In this document: one piece after another, positions 63,241 through 64,000 of the stretch
Numbering within the stretch: position 1 is the first letter of the stretch
Layout: every line of letters starts with the position of its first letter
Source of the DNA: Mobula hypostoma
Lineage: Eukaryota
Assembly (NCBI RefSeq): GCF_963921235.1
Contig: NC_086109.1
Coordinates: 13,518,001-13,582,000, forward strand
Length of the DNA: 64,000 nt
Direction: 5' to 3'
Notes under the pieces: generated by a model
Seen by the model: only the letters and a program-made list of their open reading frames with translations
Database searches by the model: none
What the model was told of the DNA's origin: nothing
Translations under genes and position numbers: made by a program

Positions 63241-64000
63241 TCATGTGTTATGTGCAAAGAATCTAGCTTTTAAATCTGTGGATGATAAGAAAATATTTTT
63301 AAATCAGGCAAGATTTAATCGTGCCTTATATTATAGGGAAATCTAAGGAAGTTCATTTGTAAATTTCAGAGTAACTGAGTACATGGTTAACAATGAAATC
63401 ATTGCAATGATGGTGGGAATTGGAACAAACAGAACAGCACAGTTTATGTGGGCTGGTGGCTTCCTGTTCTGTATGATGGCTCGCTGATTATTTTAAATGT
63501 GTTCCCTTCCTTTATCACAACAGCCACAGAAACAAACTATTGACATTATCTTTATTGAAACTTTTCATCAAGCTTAAGATTTTTGGATTGAAAAAGATAG
63601 TTTTCCTCAAACTATCTCTTAGTTATTGCAACTTCTGCTCAAGAAGTGGAAATTTTAGTCACCTGTATCTCCTATACAAACTCGAGAAAAATAAGTGGTA
63701 TATAACTCTTCGAGATCTCTGCTGAAGCTTCCTAGCAAAAACCTTAACACGTGCAGTTCAACAAATCAAATTCAAAACTGTAGGAAAAGTAAGTACTTCA
63801 AAATAAGTTCATTGGCATCTTCCAGGTTTCCAGTAACTTAGATTCTGACTTTTACAATATTAAAATAATTTACCATCTTACACAGGAAAGGACAAACCTC
63901 AAAGAATTTCAATTAAACTTATTCTGCAAAGGTTTCTAAACACACACTTTCATTCTCTAGAAATCTTATTATTTCAGCCTATTCACCTCTGAATTATTTC

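Noticed and set aside
1..64000. CRISPR arrays or prokaryotic systems
   Set aside because: Spliceosomal gene plus vertebrate TEs; the recurring palindromes are dispersed Penelope ends, not repeat-spacer arrays.

Overview
Repeat-dense vertebrate genomic DNA. The repeat inventory (CR1 LINEs with (TTTCTATG)n tails, HE1/V-SINE-like SINEs, Penelope, Rex1/Babar) points to a cartilaginous fish, probably a ray; this is inference. Two main results. (1) A complete + strand gene that the ORF track does not show. Eight coding exons (7240-7269, 12525-12644, 13012-13077, 29419-29568, 32284-32440, 33392-33918, 40144-40199, 41186-41222) splice in phase (0,0,0,0,1,0,2) into a 380-aa type I membrane protein, followed by a probable 3'UTR exon at 44962. 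The protein has a signal peptide, a putative short-chain four-helix cytokine domain, a Ser/Thr-rich stalk with an RSKR site, a TM helix and a short tail. Exon layout and motifs place it in the KITLG/CSF1/FLT3LG family, but it mixes features of all three and has an unusual 10-Cys pattern, so it may be a divergent orthologue or an undescribed extra paralogue. (2) Many Penelope 3'-end insertions carry a minimal hammerhead ribozyme motif, often as fold-back inserts with 9-15 bp target-site duplications and breakpoints at the ribozyme core. Also present: a deleted chromovirus-type Gypsy element, a solo LTR with an antisense promoter signature, an RT-deleted R4/Dong-like element, Chapaev-like and hAT DNA transposon relics with nested insertions, L1/Tx1 fragments and a 30-bp minisatellite. 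All calls were made by eye, and repeat boundaries without a stated TSD are approximate.
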